Shown in pieces: positions 48,716 through 62,850 of a stretch of DNA of 64,000 nucleotides. Both the position numbers and the translations under genes were made by a program. Source of the DNA: Bigelowiella natans CCMP2755 (Eukaryota; Protista; Cercozoa). Positions within the stretch are counted from its first letter, which is position 1, and each line of letters starts with the position of its first letter. The stretch covers positions 38,805 to 102,804 of the forward strand of contig ADNK01000979.1 of assembly GCA_000320545.1 (NCBI GenBank). Direction: 5' to 3'. The notes beneath the pieces were generated by a model that was given only the letters and a program-made list of their open reading frames with translations, searched no databases and was not told the origin of the DNA.

Positions 48716-49371
48716 AGTGCGCCTTATGGCGTTCGCGAAAGTGTCTGCTGCGATGTGCACAGCATACATGCTATATAAAGTTATTCGCAGTGCGAACGCA
48801 TATGCTGTCGTTGGTCTCGCGCGGCGCAAAGCATGCTGTCACAATGCATGCTTTTATCTGCCTAATACTATTTATTTTGTTTCTTGGTCATAGTTATGCT
48901 AGCATGTATTAAAATCATATCCGCTGCCCAGTAATATCCGAATATATAGCATACAGATGTATATACTTAGCCGTATGAGAGCTAGCTCGCACATGACGGA
49001 GCATCTAGAGCATGCATGTGCTGCTGGCTAGTACATATAGTTCGATGCGAAACACTAGCTAGATGTCTAAATGTGATGAACAAAAAGGCTCTACGCATCG
49101 CACGCATTTGCATGCTGTGCGCAATGACACACGACAGTCTAGCTTGCTAGCTAGCAGTGCATTGTCAGATGAGCAGCACATCTAAACGCAGCGCTGCAAT
49201 GCTAGAATGCATGACGGGCCATGGAATAAATTATAGGTTCATAATAAAATGATTGCACTTTATTGAGAGGCTAACAGAGAAAAACTGCTACGACATACAT
49301 ACGCATGCGGTCTATTCGAGCTGGCATAATCTTGCTAGCTTGCACACCATGCACTAGATCATCTATCACCT

Positions 49372-49759
49372 CTAGAAACCCCTCGTCATTGTAAATCTTA
49401 CAGGGGGCGGCTCCACAACGCCCTGACCTTTGCTTCCGAGGCCGAAGCCTTCCCTGACAGCAAGTTTCAAAAATCAATTTGGATTATTTTGTGAATCATG
49501 TTGAATAAGTCAGTGTAATGCTGTCTGTCGTCTAGTAGATACCTCCAGCCCATTGACTTAAGCATCGTAAATCCTTTGTTGCGATCTGAAAGAGCTTGTG
49601 CGTCGAGGATGACTAGGTTTGAAGGTTGCTCCTCTCCTGATCAAGAAGGATGGAGGTTAATGAGAATGTTGTTGTTGTTGTTGTTGTTGCTTCAGAGACA
49701 CGCATTACTAAGGGAAGATGAGTGAATGGCGCGCACGCACGCACAAAAACACACGCACA

Positions 49760-49800
<41 letters not shown>

Positions 49801-51143
49801 GCATACAAGCATCTCGAATATGTACAGTGTACGTGAGCAATATATTTCATGGTTTATTACCCACTACGAATAAGGAAGTCCGTGCATGTGAGTGTCTATC
49901 TCTGTGTGTGTGTGTGTGTGTACCGTGTCGTCCTCTGGCACGCCCACCGATGCCTAAAACCAACAACGATACGACGAAATTAGAGCAGCTACTCGCAATG
50001 AATTTGTGATAAATTCATATGATTACCTGCCTCACAGAAAGCAATTTTACGGTTTAAAAGTGAAAGAGGCCTTGCATTGTTGACGTAGTCATCTTCGTCG
50101 CCATAGTATCCCCTCGTTCTCGTTCTCCTGGAAGAAGAAGAGTTGTTGGCAGCAGTCCCCCTTCCAGTTTGCTGCTGCTGCTGCTGCTGGCCAGAATGAG
50201 GCTGCTTATTATTCTGTCTTCTCGGAGCTGGCTTGTGTTTAGCACTGCTGCTGCTGCTATTATGACTCCTCGTTTCATAAAATCTGATATTTTAATAATA
50301 TCAGTAGAAATGACAAACAAGTATACGGCCATCAACATTTCTTATCATCGCTTGCAACATGAGAAGACGTCGTTAAGAACAGCATAGAGGAAGGACCGTA
50401 TCAGGAACTCGTTTCCAAGCTTTAGAATCGCAAAGTACCCCTTGTTTGCCTGACGAATAGAAGAAGAGAAAGGGCCGTCAATTCAAATCAAATCCACGGC
50501 TAAGAGAGTAAGACAGCAGCCCATTCTTCACCATGATTCATCATCAAACTTCGTAGTCTACCACTACTACAACTACCAGATTGTTGAAGTCTTTTCGACT
50601 TGTGACCTTCGTCTGCTCTCCCTCCTTGGCAAATGATGTAAGGATCTTTGCATTATTTATGTGTCATCAAAGAAGAAACAAACAGCAACAGCACGTGCAA
50701 AGAAATTAGTACCACAAGAAATATTTAGAAATAACAATCTGGTTATAGTTGGGTTTTAATGGGAAAAAAATTAAAAGACGAACAACCGCTCTGATATCTG
50801 GAAGACCCATCGTTTTCAGAATAGCGTCGTTATTGGTGTTAGGAGGTTTCACTCTGAGGAAGAATAATACAACTATTACCTTATTCTTACTACTACTCAC
50901 TTAGTTTGAAAGTGATGATTCCAGGCAACATCATCATGTGAAATAATATAAGAAACACTTTGTCATCTCCAACATCGAATTATCGTTTTTTCAAGCAAAT
51001 GCATCGATGAGTCCTGCCTCTTCTCGACACACCATAAGGAAAATCATCAATGCTTTCACAAGCGCCGGGTGATTTTGTTGTTGGAATTCTACAATTTTTA
51101 TCAAATAATCTATTGATATTGCCGGAGCTCCTGACAGCTAGTT

Positions 51144-51176
<33 letters not shown>

Positions 51177-51787
51177 TAAATCAGTACCTACACAACTTTG
51201 CAGCTCGATTCAAACGACGGGAGACCAATAGCTGTAGCCTTTTCAAAGGAACTGCATGGTAGGAATGGGAAGGGGGGAAAGGGTAGAGCAGCAACAGAAG
51301 TAACCTCAGAACAAGCAGCTTTGCATGGTGGCTTTGGGATGTAAATCTTCCCTTCTCTTTCTAATTGTTGTCATCGTTAACAAACTTGTGGAGGAAATAC
51401 GTCGTTCGGAAGAAACTCTCTTTCTCTTCTCACTGATGATGATCATCAATATTTATTCCCATTGGAAATTGTTACTTGTATTATTCTTGAACCGTTTGAT
51501 GAGCCTAGAGAGGTCTGATATTCGCAGAGGACCTCCTCCCCTATGATTTGATTACAAACGATGACAGCAGCAGCACGTGTTTATTCATGAACGAACACCA
51601 ACCATAAGCTCTGAGGCGATTGCCTTTTTCCGCAAGAGAAGAAAGTGGTAGTACCTCTTTCGTAGTTGAGCTTGAGTGGGATGGGAAAATTTACATGATT
51701 TCTGCAGAGATTCCAAGAAGTTAATGATGCGGCTAAAACTAGCTTATCTTTTTCCGCGCCCCCCTCCACCCCCCCTTCTCTATGTGC

Positions 51788-51854
<67 letters not shown>

Positions 51855-52618
51855 AGTATGTGGAGGCGATAGTGAAGTCATTGGTAACCTGGTATTTACA
51901 CTGCGGCCAGTTGGAGCAGGGTATCCCTGTCTCCTCCTCCACCTCCTCCTCATCGTCATCATCATTATCTGAATTCATACACAACAAATGCAACGTTAGA
52001 ATAGAACAAAACATAGGCGTTTCAATGACTTGTAAACTGAGGACATAAAACCTTTCAGCAGCGCTGAGCTGTAATCCCAAGCGAAGTTACTATCTCCCCT
52101 CCTCTTTTCGCTGCTCGCTGTCGTAGTAGTATCCTGTGAGGAGCTGGCGGACGTCTCGGAGGCCGTTGCGACTTTACGCCTTTTTGCTAAGTGGCAACAG
52201 TTCAATTTTTGACTAATGCAATGAAGCAGGCGTGAACCATTTTGCGGCACGAAAGGTGAAATGTACCTGGTGACGTTTTAGGTGGCTTGATTCTCTGTTT
52301 CTTTGCAGCGATGATAGCTTCGACTGAGCGGTGATGGTCATGACTTTTGCTATGATGATTATGATTATTATTTGAGGGGGGTGCTCGCTTCCTGTTTCGA
52401 CTCGTTGATAGCTGTTCTGCGTGCTTTGCCATCTTTGCCAGGAGGATTTTCTTCGCAGCTAGTTGGCGTTGCTTCTCTAGCAGACGCTGCTTCTTCTCCT
52501 CAAGAGCTACTCGTAGCTGTATCATCTGCCTCTTCTTCTGGAGCTCGGCCAGACGCTTTTGGAACTCCTTTTCCGTCTTAATTTTGGGCGTGGGTGAGCC
52601 CCCCTGTCTCGCGGACAT
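49372..52618 (-). CDS. Spliced G-patch domain protein with an N-terminal coiled coil and a probable CCCH-type zinc finger
   Basis: NKGFTMLKSMGWR|EGFGLGSKGQGVVEP spans a GT-AG intron; PCSNWPQCKYQ; N-terminal KRLAELQKKRQ coiled coil. Confidence 0.7.
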
Positions 52619-52930
52619 TGCGGACTAGGTGCTGTTGGCTTCCTTTACGTGTTTTGTGGCCGATGTGAGGATTCTCGACGGTTCCCTCCTCCTCCTCCTC
52701 CTTCCTTCTTTTCTTCTGTGTACAGGCAGGCAGCTTTTTAACCTCGATACATCTGAGCTCAATTTTTGGTAAATATATCGGATTTTGTATGTGCGACAAG
52801 CTCATCTGAAGAGAATCTACCTCAAATCAGAACTAGCCCAACCTCAGAGCGGTTAAAGGACGGAAGAGCGAGAGAGGAGGGGAGGGCAACGTCGCATTAC
52901 GGATTTTAGAGTTAAACTCCCCGAAGTTAC

Positions 52931-54362
52931 ATGAGCGGAAATAAACGAAAAAGGGAAGAACTTGAGCGAGATGATGGCGAGGACAAGGCCAAGAAAAAAT
53001 GTTCGAAGAGGACTGAGGAAGAGGACAGTAGCGACGGGAGTGACAGCGACAGCAGCGACGAAGAATTCACATTTCGTGTCAACAAAAAGGCGATGCAAAA
53101 ACTATCACAAACTAAAGAGGCCGACAGGAAAGAGGAGGGAGACTTAGATGAAGATTTTCCTGAGGTCATGGAACAGTAACTTTGGGATAACGTTTATGAT
53201 TGATGAAAGACACGGCAAAACCCCGAGTCTCAAATAAAGTCATCGTCGTTTGTCGCGAATCCTGCTATTCTATTTTGCTACTTCCACTCTGTATTTGTTC
53301 GCAAATCTAAGTTCGTTTTATTCTGAACATTCGTTTCCAATCCTGCAGCCAGAGTATAAAAGGGCCAGGCGAAAAGCAAGAGAGGAAGAAGAGAAAAAGA
53401 GACATCGTCAAGAAGGACTGGGAGGACAAACTATTTCACTCGATGACGATGAGAAGGATTCGTCAAGTCGATCGATGAATGGTGTGTAAGCTGGAAGATA
53501 AAATGTTGTTGTATCATCCTAAATCCACGATATTTGTTGACGAAGTCTACTTGTTCAGTGCCACAAGAGGATGATGTTTTGAGCGGCGACGAGGATACGA
53601 ATGATAAAGTGTGTGTCTAAGCTAACAATATCCTACAACAGCCATAATTTTGCGTTCTCTTATTTTTTTGCGAAACTTCTATGTATTAATTCCACGACAC
53701 AAGCACTCATTTGTTTGCTTTCCCAAGGACATCATTCATGCAGATCCAGAATTTTTGAAAAGCGTCGCAAGTATTCGACAACAACGTCTACAAATTGCCC
53801 CAGAAACCCGTGACTCCTCTTTTGAGTTTTCGATCGAACAGAATGTATCACTAATTGATGATGATGACGAGGGTAATAAATTGGATGAATATGAATATTG
53901 GAGGCCTGCTTCATAAACGTGCGTTAATATCATCAGATGAGGATGAGGAAGATGCTGATGAAATCGTCGACCGCGAAGTTGCCCTGAGAATAGCAGAACA
54001 TCAAAGGCAAAACGAGGCTCAGAGTGAAAATGAAATTAGGATTACGCTGAAACCGGGTGAAGGTAGAGAGCTGAAAATTAAAGTTTTCAAGGTCGAAACT
54101 GTGCATAACTAGATAGGGACTGATAATTAAGATGATAGAAGTTAATAATGTGCAATATTAGATAAGAATAAGTTTGCTCCAACCTTAAACAATCCTCAAA
54201 TTTTAGGACTCGCAATTTGGTGAGGTAATCAAAAGAATGCGGCAGCACTTCAGAGTGAATCAGGTAAAGCTGCAATTTGATGGTGAAACCATCTCAAACA
54301 ATCAAACTCCAATGGATTTAGATATGGAGGACGATGATATTGTCGATATGTACATGAATTGA
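52931..54362 (+). CDS. SUMO-like-domain protein (Rad60/Esc2/NIP45-like)
   Basis: Acidic/basic N-terminus; C-terminal IRITLK..ELKIKVFK|..VKLQFDGETISNNQTPMDLDMEDDDIVDM*, with no di-Gly. Confidence 0.75.
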
Positions 54363-54945
54363 TTAGTCACGAGCAGTTTGCTGCGAATATGTAGCGTACG
54401 ATGAAATTCATTCGAGTACGAACAAATGGAAAGATGCAGCGGCCGTTTCTAGATGATTCATATCGCTTTCACATCTCCTGCTTGCCCCCATTTCAGCCTT
54501 AGATCTGTTAACTTATCTGTGCTATTCAATTCGTGCGCGTGCTAGTGTTCGGTGTGCTGATCTGCACGAAGCTGTGTTACCGTTGTTTGCATGTAGCTCT
54601 AGCTAGCTAGAGCTAGAACCATCATCAACATAGCACTTTAGCACTGCATGTTGACTTGAAAAGCTGCTGCGTGGAAGAGACAGCAGAGGAAAGTACACAT
54701 TTATACATATCTTTCCTCTGTGTCTCGGACCTGCAGCATGCGCAATGATGCATCGCTTGGCCTAAAGAAAGCATGTGACATTTGCTTGCGCTTTAGCGGC
54801 GTGCTGGCGCTAACGAACAGCCTAGGCAAACCTCATTCCGAACCAAATGAAAATGTGATGCCGCATAGAAGTATTTCGAAATGTGGAAGCCTAACGCATA
54901 CATTGTTATAGCATCCATCTAGTACACTACATCTAGACAAACGCC

Positions 54946-55753
54946 TTACGTCTGGCAACTGTCAAGCACAATGGTTGGTTTTCCGCATGTAGGGTCGTTC
55001 CTCTGCTTCTTAATGTTGCGTCGTCGCTCTTTGTGTCCTCTCTCCATTCCAGTAGCAGCATCAGCAGCATACGGATCGCATATATTTATTCGAACATCTA
55101 ATATAGCAGACACACAATGCTTAGGTAAATAATCATCATGGCATGAAGTTCACTGAACAAAAAGTTTGTTGTGCTCTCATCCCAACCCCCCCCCCCCCCT
55201 TGATTTACCTTCTAAATTTAGTGATGCGAGGAGATATTCACGATTTTGCTCTATCAAATGGCAGTCCAACCTTCCCAGCCAATAACAAATAACGTTCAGA
55301 ACAACAAAATCCCAGTGCAATATATCATTTATTAGGTAGCACCGTAGAACGTCGTCGAGTTGTCATTACATGTAATGATGCCATGTTTACTACTCACCCT
55401 CAAAGCACCGCCGTCTCCAGATTCAACCCTGCCGCGGATATAAGCTGCAATTTGTAATATTTCCTTGACCTGATGGAGAGGATGATGAGTGGGTAGCGTG
55501 GTCGATTTTTGATGGGCATAGACGCATTATCTAATACGAATGCACAATACAAATGCGAACACCTTTGGCCTTAGAAAGGAGTCGGAAAGCACATGCGACT
55601 TGAGCCTTGTCAGGAAGTCAGTCGGAAGCGCTATCATCCTGATTTTTTGTTGTGATGATGATGATGATGATGATGATGTAGTAGTAGTATCAAAAAGAAG
55701 AAAGAGGAGTATGGGGGTTGTGTGATGCATGCCGTTGAATCCTGTAAGTGACA

Positions 55754-55786
<33 letters not shown>

Positions 55787-56508
55787 GTGTGTGTGTCCCC
55801 GTATTTGCATCATGTTGGCAACATAAGAGTGCTCATCATCATACGTTCACGCTACCCGTTCTCTCGCTGAATCGTGTACCGTCGCACCATTTCTATCACC
55901 TACGAAGATGAAACAAGAAAAAAAAACCACGATTCTTTGGTTTGATCATTGCAGACGAGCACACAAGAATCATCACACCATTTAAACAAAAGAGTGCGGC
56001 GATGTTCGATGCTATGAAAGAAACGATGAACTTACCACACACACACTCTTACACAATACAGGATAGAAGAATAGAAACGGCAAATAAATACTGTAAATCT
56101 CGCAACGAATTACGCTCCCATGCTACTGCTGCTGCTGCTGCTGCTGCCGGCGACGGTGATGCATGTTATTGTTTCTTTTGTGCCGGCGGATGATGCCAGA
56201 TCCAAATCTTATGTAGTCAAATGTACCGTTGTTCTCAGCGGCGCTTCTGTCACTACCACGTCAATCCTCGCTCGAGTAGGAAGATTCAATGGTGAATTGG
56301 TTGCGTCAGCAGTAGGATCATTGCTGTTTCGATCAGCACGACCTGCCCCTTGCTTCGCCGTCCCCCCATAAAGCTGCTCACGAAAGGAATTAAGGGCGTT
56401 TTGAAGAAAATTGAATCTGCAAAACGAGAGGTGGGGAGGGTTGTGAGAAGAGACAATAGCTCAGGTTGGTTCTCCTAAAATCGATTGATCTCACGGAATA
56501 CAACGAGC

Positions 56509-56554
<46 letters not shown>

Positions 56555-57886
56555 TTATACATCAAAATTGAATGTAGCTGGAACTAATCACAAAACTACG
56601 ATGATGAGACAAAAGAATCAATAAATGAAACATCTATTGTTTTGGCCTCTAATTCTGTCGTAGGATACGTCAATCGTCAACATTTTCGTGCACGGTTTCG
56701 ATGCGAATTTTGACATTATTGATACTACACACGAATGCGGTGCATTCTTCGTTCATATTACGCGGAGGAGAGAACGGGATCTGGTGCTTTGACTTCCTGC
56801 AAAAAACATAATAAAAACACTTATTTTCGCTGCACAAAGACACAAAGATTGTATTCGAAACAGCGATAATTTTACTCTAACATATATCCATCAACGCAAC
56901 CAAAATTCACCACTTATATGAAAATAATAATAAAAGGAACATTAATAACAACAGTAATTATCAGACCTCGAAAAACGTAAGAAAAACACACTAAAAACCA
57001 GCTGCATAATCATCATACTACCGGCCATTTCCATGTCTCTGAATACGTTTTCGGTGTCGTTCCCTTCTTTTCTACAGCTGTAGCAGGTTTGTTGTCGCCC
57101 CCCCTATCCGCCATGTGTTCGATGATATTCGCATAGATGTGCTCGCAAATGTGAGGGGTTATTGGAGACATCATTAAGACTTGCGTTCTCAGCATTGCCA
57201 TCGTAAGATCTACAATATCATGAGAAGAGGGGAGGGTGTTGTTGATGAAACCAATAGTATTACTTCATGATTGATAGGAAAGCATGATGACGAACGGTGC
57301 CCTCCAAAGACGAGAACCCCCATTTTATTGAACCAAAGATATAGTAAAATAGCTTCTTCTTCAACTTTGGTCGTTGATGACATCGTTACCTTCCAAGGGT
57401 TCCACGCCTACAAGCCTACACCAGTTTGCGTATCTGATAAAGGCCATGGATCCTTCGTCAGAGAAAAGCGCTGGTGATGATTTCGGGCTCATCGTCGTCG
57501 CAAAACAAATATTTTGAGTTATCTTCATGTAGCAAATCTGCACGTGGGCTCACTGTTTTGCAGTGCTACAACTGTACAGTGATATGCGGCACGATATATT
57601 ACGTGTCTCTCAGCTTTTGCATATCGAAGAAAGCATACTGCAAGGCCTGCATTATTAGGAACGAGAAGGGTAGTGTTAGAGGGGAAAAGAGTCATCATTC
57701 AACAACAGCAAAATGCTATTCTGTGGTAGCAAGGGAAGTGTCCTTCAGAAAGTCAAAGCAGTTTGAACGCACATCTCGAAACTGAAGGCGATCATAGGCT
57801 TTCTTCGCCTACATTATATGCAATGCACACATTTTTAACCAAGAATGGGAAAGTGCTGAGAGCGAGCGAGACAGAGAAAGAACAAT

Positions 57887-57930
<44 letters not shown>

Positions 57931-58780
57931 GGGGGGGGGAGAAGAAGAGAGGGGGGAGAGTGATACATACGTTTGTTTTCTATCGTACCGAATACCTGTT
58001 CCACAACCGAACGCATTTCATTTTCAATAGCCATCTCAAACCACCTACGACACATATTCAAATCAAGGCCAGCACATTAGAGGACCCACTCATCACCACC
58101 ACCACTCATCACCACCACTTTAGTGACGTAATCACCAAATTCCATCCGGATCACGGTTCCGAAGCTTTGCTGCAGAAAGAGAATAGGGGGGGAGCAGGTG
58201 ACAGTAATATATTAGCAAATCAATCGTTGATAGGAGTGAGATCATCATCGTCAAAACAGTTAATATATTTCTTGATTTGCCCATAAAACTATATAGAATA
58301 TTTGCTGCAGCACTACTACTACTACTGCTACTACTACTACTACTACTACTACACTATACTACTTCTTCTACTCCTACCAGTTTTCAGGGCCTCTGCATTC
58401 ACCGCAAGGTTATATAGCTTCAATACGGCCTATACATTGTTGGTTTATTCGTATCATTTCTGTCTCTTACACGCACACGCACACACAGCGCGCGCATGAA
58501 GTCTTTCATCATCCTTGTGCAACAATCTCCACTAGCTATCATTATACAAAAATTGCCGATGACGATGACGATTTTTCCCAATTATTTATCATTGTTACTA
58601 TTCGATTATGTGCTCAAGAGCCTCAACTCTTTGTAGTACCTTATCCGCTGTATTCTCCGAGAAATTCGCGTCTTCTTCAACGGCATCACCAGCATCAGCT
58701 GACGTTTTTTATCGTTTTTAAGATAGTAGTATACATAGATAGTCAATAGTACACTTGCATACGTGCTATGAGGAAAGGGG

Positions 58781-58817
<37 letters not shown>

Positions 58818-59406
58818 TCTTTCAGATTCTTCTCCATCGTGAAGGAATTCTAACCCCAACTACCATCACCACCTAATGCAAAACGGACGGCATCAGCTCC
58901 ATATGTCTGTATTGCCTGCACAGGGACAGGGGGGGAAGGGAAGGGGAAGAAGAAGCAGAGGGAGGAGGAGGAGGAGGAGGAGGAGGAGGAGGAGCAAAAC
59001 AAGAAGAGAAGGGGGAAAACAAAAAAGTTTGTATTATGAACAGTATACACACGCTTGCTTCAAAATTGCATTAAAAAAATAAAATAAAATGATAATAATC
59101 ATTATCATTATCATCATTTATCGCTTCATTCTCACCGTTGACAATAAAAGGAAGTTTCCCGTCGATTTGGACATCTTCTGCTGGTTTAGCAGTAAGTGAC
59201 CGTTGGTACGAATAGCACCTTGTTGAATGATCAAAGCGCGTACAAGTGTGCAAATTGTCAGCAGTGGTAGCGACGCAACTGTCTTGAATAAAAAGAAGGG
59301 TTATTATTTGAGAGTGTATTCCTAGGACAGTGCTACAGTGTTAAAACTCCTTCTCTACTTTATGATATGTTTTAGCATCGCCGTGATCGAAAGAGAGGGA
59401 GGAAGG

Positions 59407-59447
<41 letters not shown>

Positions 59448-60114
59448 GCTGACGACATGCACGCGTGCATATGAACTACGTGGCCAAAGTCTGGGAGAAT
59501 CTCGCCAAATCTAAGAGAAATCACCGTCAATTATAGCACAACAAAATGGTCAAGATGAAGCAAATAGTGGCGGTGGTAGCAGTAGCAATATTCCCTCGCC
59601 ATTGCTAGTTATCATCATCCTCACGTAACATAGCAGCACAGCTACAGCACATCATTGTCACTACTATTACCTCTGCATGTGTGTAAAGGCACATAGCGAG
59701 GTGATTGCGGAGAAGGTCCTTTCCACTTACCCTCAAATCCACAGGATACCTATCATTCATTCAATAGCACACATAATATACAAACCAACAAAAATACCAT
59801 CACCACCATTTACCCCGTGTCGTATTCGCAAAACGACGTGTATCTGCGACGGCTCGAGGTACACTATAGCCATGTCGCAGGGCAAAGTTATCACACCATC
59901 GCTCTTGATTATGGGAGAGACGTGTGGGTTGAGTTTGCTACTATGTTACTTGGTTATCATCATCATCGTCATCATCATCGTCATCATCGTCGTTGTCGTC
60001 ATTACCAGTAGTCAAACTCCTCCTTCATTGCGATTAGCTTATCGTGCCCCACGTAATTTTCTACTGGCATCTCAGCAAATCTGTTGTCGTGTTGTTTTTC
60101 ACAAAGCACAAAAC

Positions 60115-60152
<38 letters not shown>

Positions 60153-60433
60153 TGCGTCAATAGTAGGCAGTTGGTGCTTTGTTGAAAAGGAAGAAGGGGC
60201 ACTGACGGGTTGAAGATATATTCGAGGATAGGCCCACAAAGTTTTCTCGGGTGTAGAAACCACTCTTCGTTGCGGTACTTCACTTGATCATCATCAGTCT
60301 TATCATTCGCAGCAGCGCTATGGAGAGGAGAATGAGCAGTAGCAAGAGGAGGAGGAGGAGGAGTAGTTCCTCCCTCTTCGTCGTGAGAGCTCCTAAATGA
60401 TGGAAGGACAAAGCAACAAATATCACACACACT

Positions 60434-60516
<83 letters not shown>

Positions 60517-61885
60517 TTATGAGTAGATACAGCAACGTTGTTAAATCTAGTCGAATCGTCATCAGAGGGCATTAATTCTCAGGAATTAGAGTAAGGAGAG
60601 AGCTCCGATAAATACCTCAAATATGCACGCAACAAGTGGCAATAATCGGTATTAAATTAAGAATATTGTCATTGCAAGATCTTGAAGCTGGCAGTTATAT
60701 AGTTTTTATTTTCTACATTACCATGCTTCTAAGGTGCTGTCTTCCTCGTCCTTCTCATTATCAACACCTTATCAAAATAACAAACAAATTTCAGTGTTAC
60801 TTAAGCTTCACCCCCCCCCTGCCCCTTCCATATTGGTTGATGTTGGAGAGAAAGAGATAGAACCACTCACCCTCCCCGTCGTTGTCATCATCTGTGAGCT
60901 TTGACAATCTAAATCGATTCAATGCAGGAGTAGTAGCGATATTAATCCATGAAACAATGGCTCGAAACAGCATAATTTCTGTCTGGTGGTGGTTATTGCA
61001 AACGCACTTTTTGCATTATAAAAAAGCATAGCAGGAGGCACTCTTTCAGCATGATTTCTGTTGGAAGCATATCCCAACTCTACATGATATTTCTCTTTCT
61101 GCTAGCTTCTTTGATGTATGAGGTCTGTGTGTATATATTTATGCTGCTGCTGCTGCTACTACTTTTCAAACAAAGCTTGCTTCTCTTCATCTAAAGGTGG
61201 CATATCCTCCGAGTTCTGCCCAAACGATGTAGCAGCAGCAATACAACAACAACAACAACAACAACAAGAAGAAGCACATCACCATATTATCATCATATCA
61301 CCCTGCAGACACACTTTTCCTCCTCCCCCTCTTCATCATCATCATTGCATGGAAGTGAGGATATCACGTGCTAGGAAACACGAGAAAAACGTCGTTGATT
61401 TGAGTTCGTCCCACTACATGTTACTATAGAAATTAAGGACTGCTGCTGCTGCTGCTGCTGCCTTAGTATCATCGTTCGAATGAAAACAGGCCCCTCTCTC
61501 TTTCCTTCCAGTAGTAGTAGTAGTAGTAGTAGTAGTAGCAGTATTTAGGAGGCAAAGCACACACCCTATCTGCTTCAAAGTCATCCTGAGGTGGAAGAGA
61601 TCCATCGAGGTTTCCTGCTCGTTCCGATGATGATGACAACATTGACAACGACGAGATCATGATGATGATGATGATGATGATGATGATGGTGATGATGGTG
61701 ATGATGATGTTGTTCATGCTGTTTGATCTCGATGATGTTGTTTGTATTCCGTGGCCATATAAAACTAGTACAATATATAGCCTTAGTTGTTTATTTGCCA
61801 AACGAAATTCTCCCTTTTTACCCCCTTCCTTCCCTCCCCTTCTTCCTCGTGCATATCCTGCATTCTTCGGCAAGCAATAGAGCCA

Positions 61886-61917
<32 letters not shown>

Positions 61918-62811
61918 GCACACACAACAATCCACCTCTTCCATGAAAGAAATGCGCGATAGTATAGTAGGCCATGTAGATGGTGGAGTCGCTCAAGCTG
62001 TTATATATAACACAAACCACACACAAGAACGCAAATGTGTGTGTGTGTGTGTGTGCGCTTTGTATGTGCTTTGTATCACACATTTTGGTGCGTTTTTCTT
62101 GTGCTTGCATGGTACACCACCACCACCACCACCACCACCACCACCAGCAGCAGCAGCAGCAGCAGCAGGAGCAGCTATTCTCACCTATCAATCACCCAAG
62201 AACGATCCCATGGGATAGAGCTCCCTTCATAAATAAATAAAAACAGTATGAGTATATGCTATGTGTTATATTCGCCTCCTCACCAAGTCCAAATCGCCGT
62301 GAGCATGACCATTCCTGTTAGATGATAATGATAATGATAATGATGATGATGATGATGATGCTAGAAAAGATAGATGTGATAGAACATACCCTCAGCCACT
62401 CCACTGCCTGTGCGACGGGGCCTTCTTACATAAACACATTGATGGTGAATATATTGCCTCAAAACAACAAAAACATCATCATCATCACCACCACCAAACA
62501 ACAACAACAAGAACGACAACAACTGCCAACAATTTTCCCCAAAACGCATGATTGTATAACTCCAAGGCACAGCTATCTAACAAGACCTTCCACGTTCTTC
62601 CTTGTGCCTCCGAGCGCTGCAGCATAATCGATGAAGTTTTTGGACTTGACGAATTGTAGTACACGCTCCTTCCAGTCACTTACCCCATAGCTGAGCAAGT
62701 GAGTGTGTGTGAGTGTGTGCGTGTGTGTTTACATATCACATCACGCAACAACATCAACATGATCAGCACGTACACTTGCTCATTTCACACTTTAAAATAA
62801 AACTATTTGGA

Positions 62812-62850
<39 letters not shown>

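Noticed and set aside
20734-54362. Apparent functional clustering (two SUMO-related genes; several ciliary genes)
   Set aside because: The genes are far apart and interleaved with unrelated housekeeping genes; consistent with chance.
61469-62240. ORFs with poly-C/W/H/Q/M runs
   Set aside because: Translated intronic microsatellites around one true LARS1 exon.
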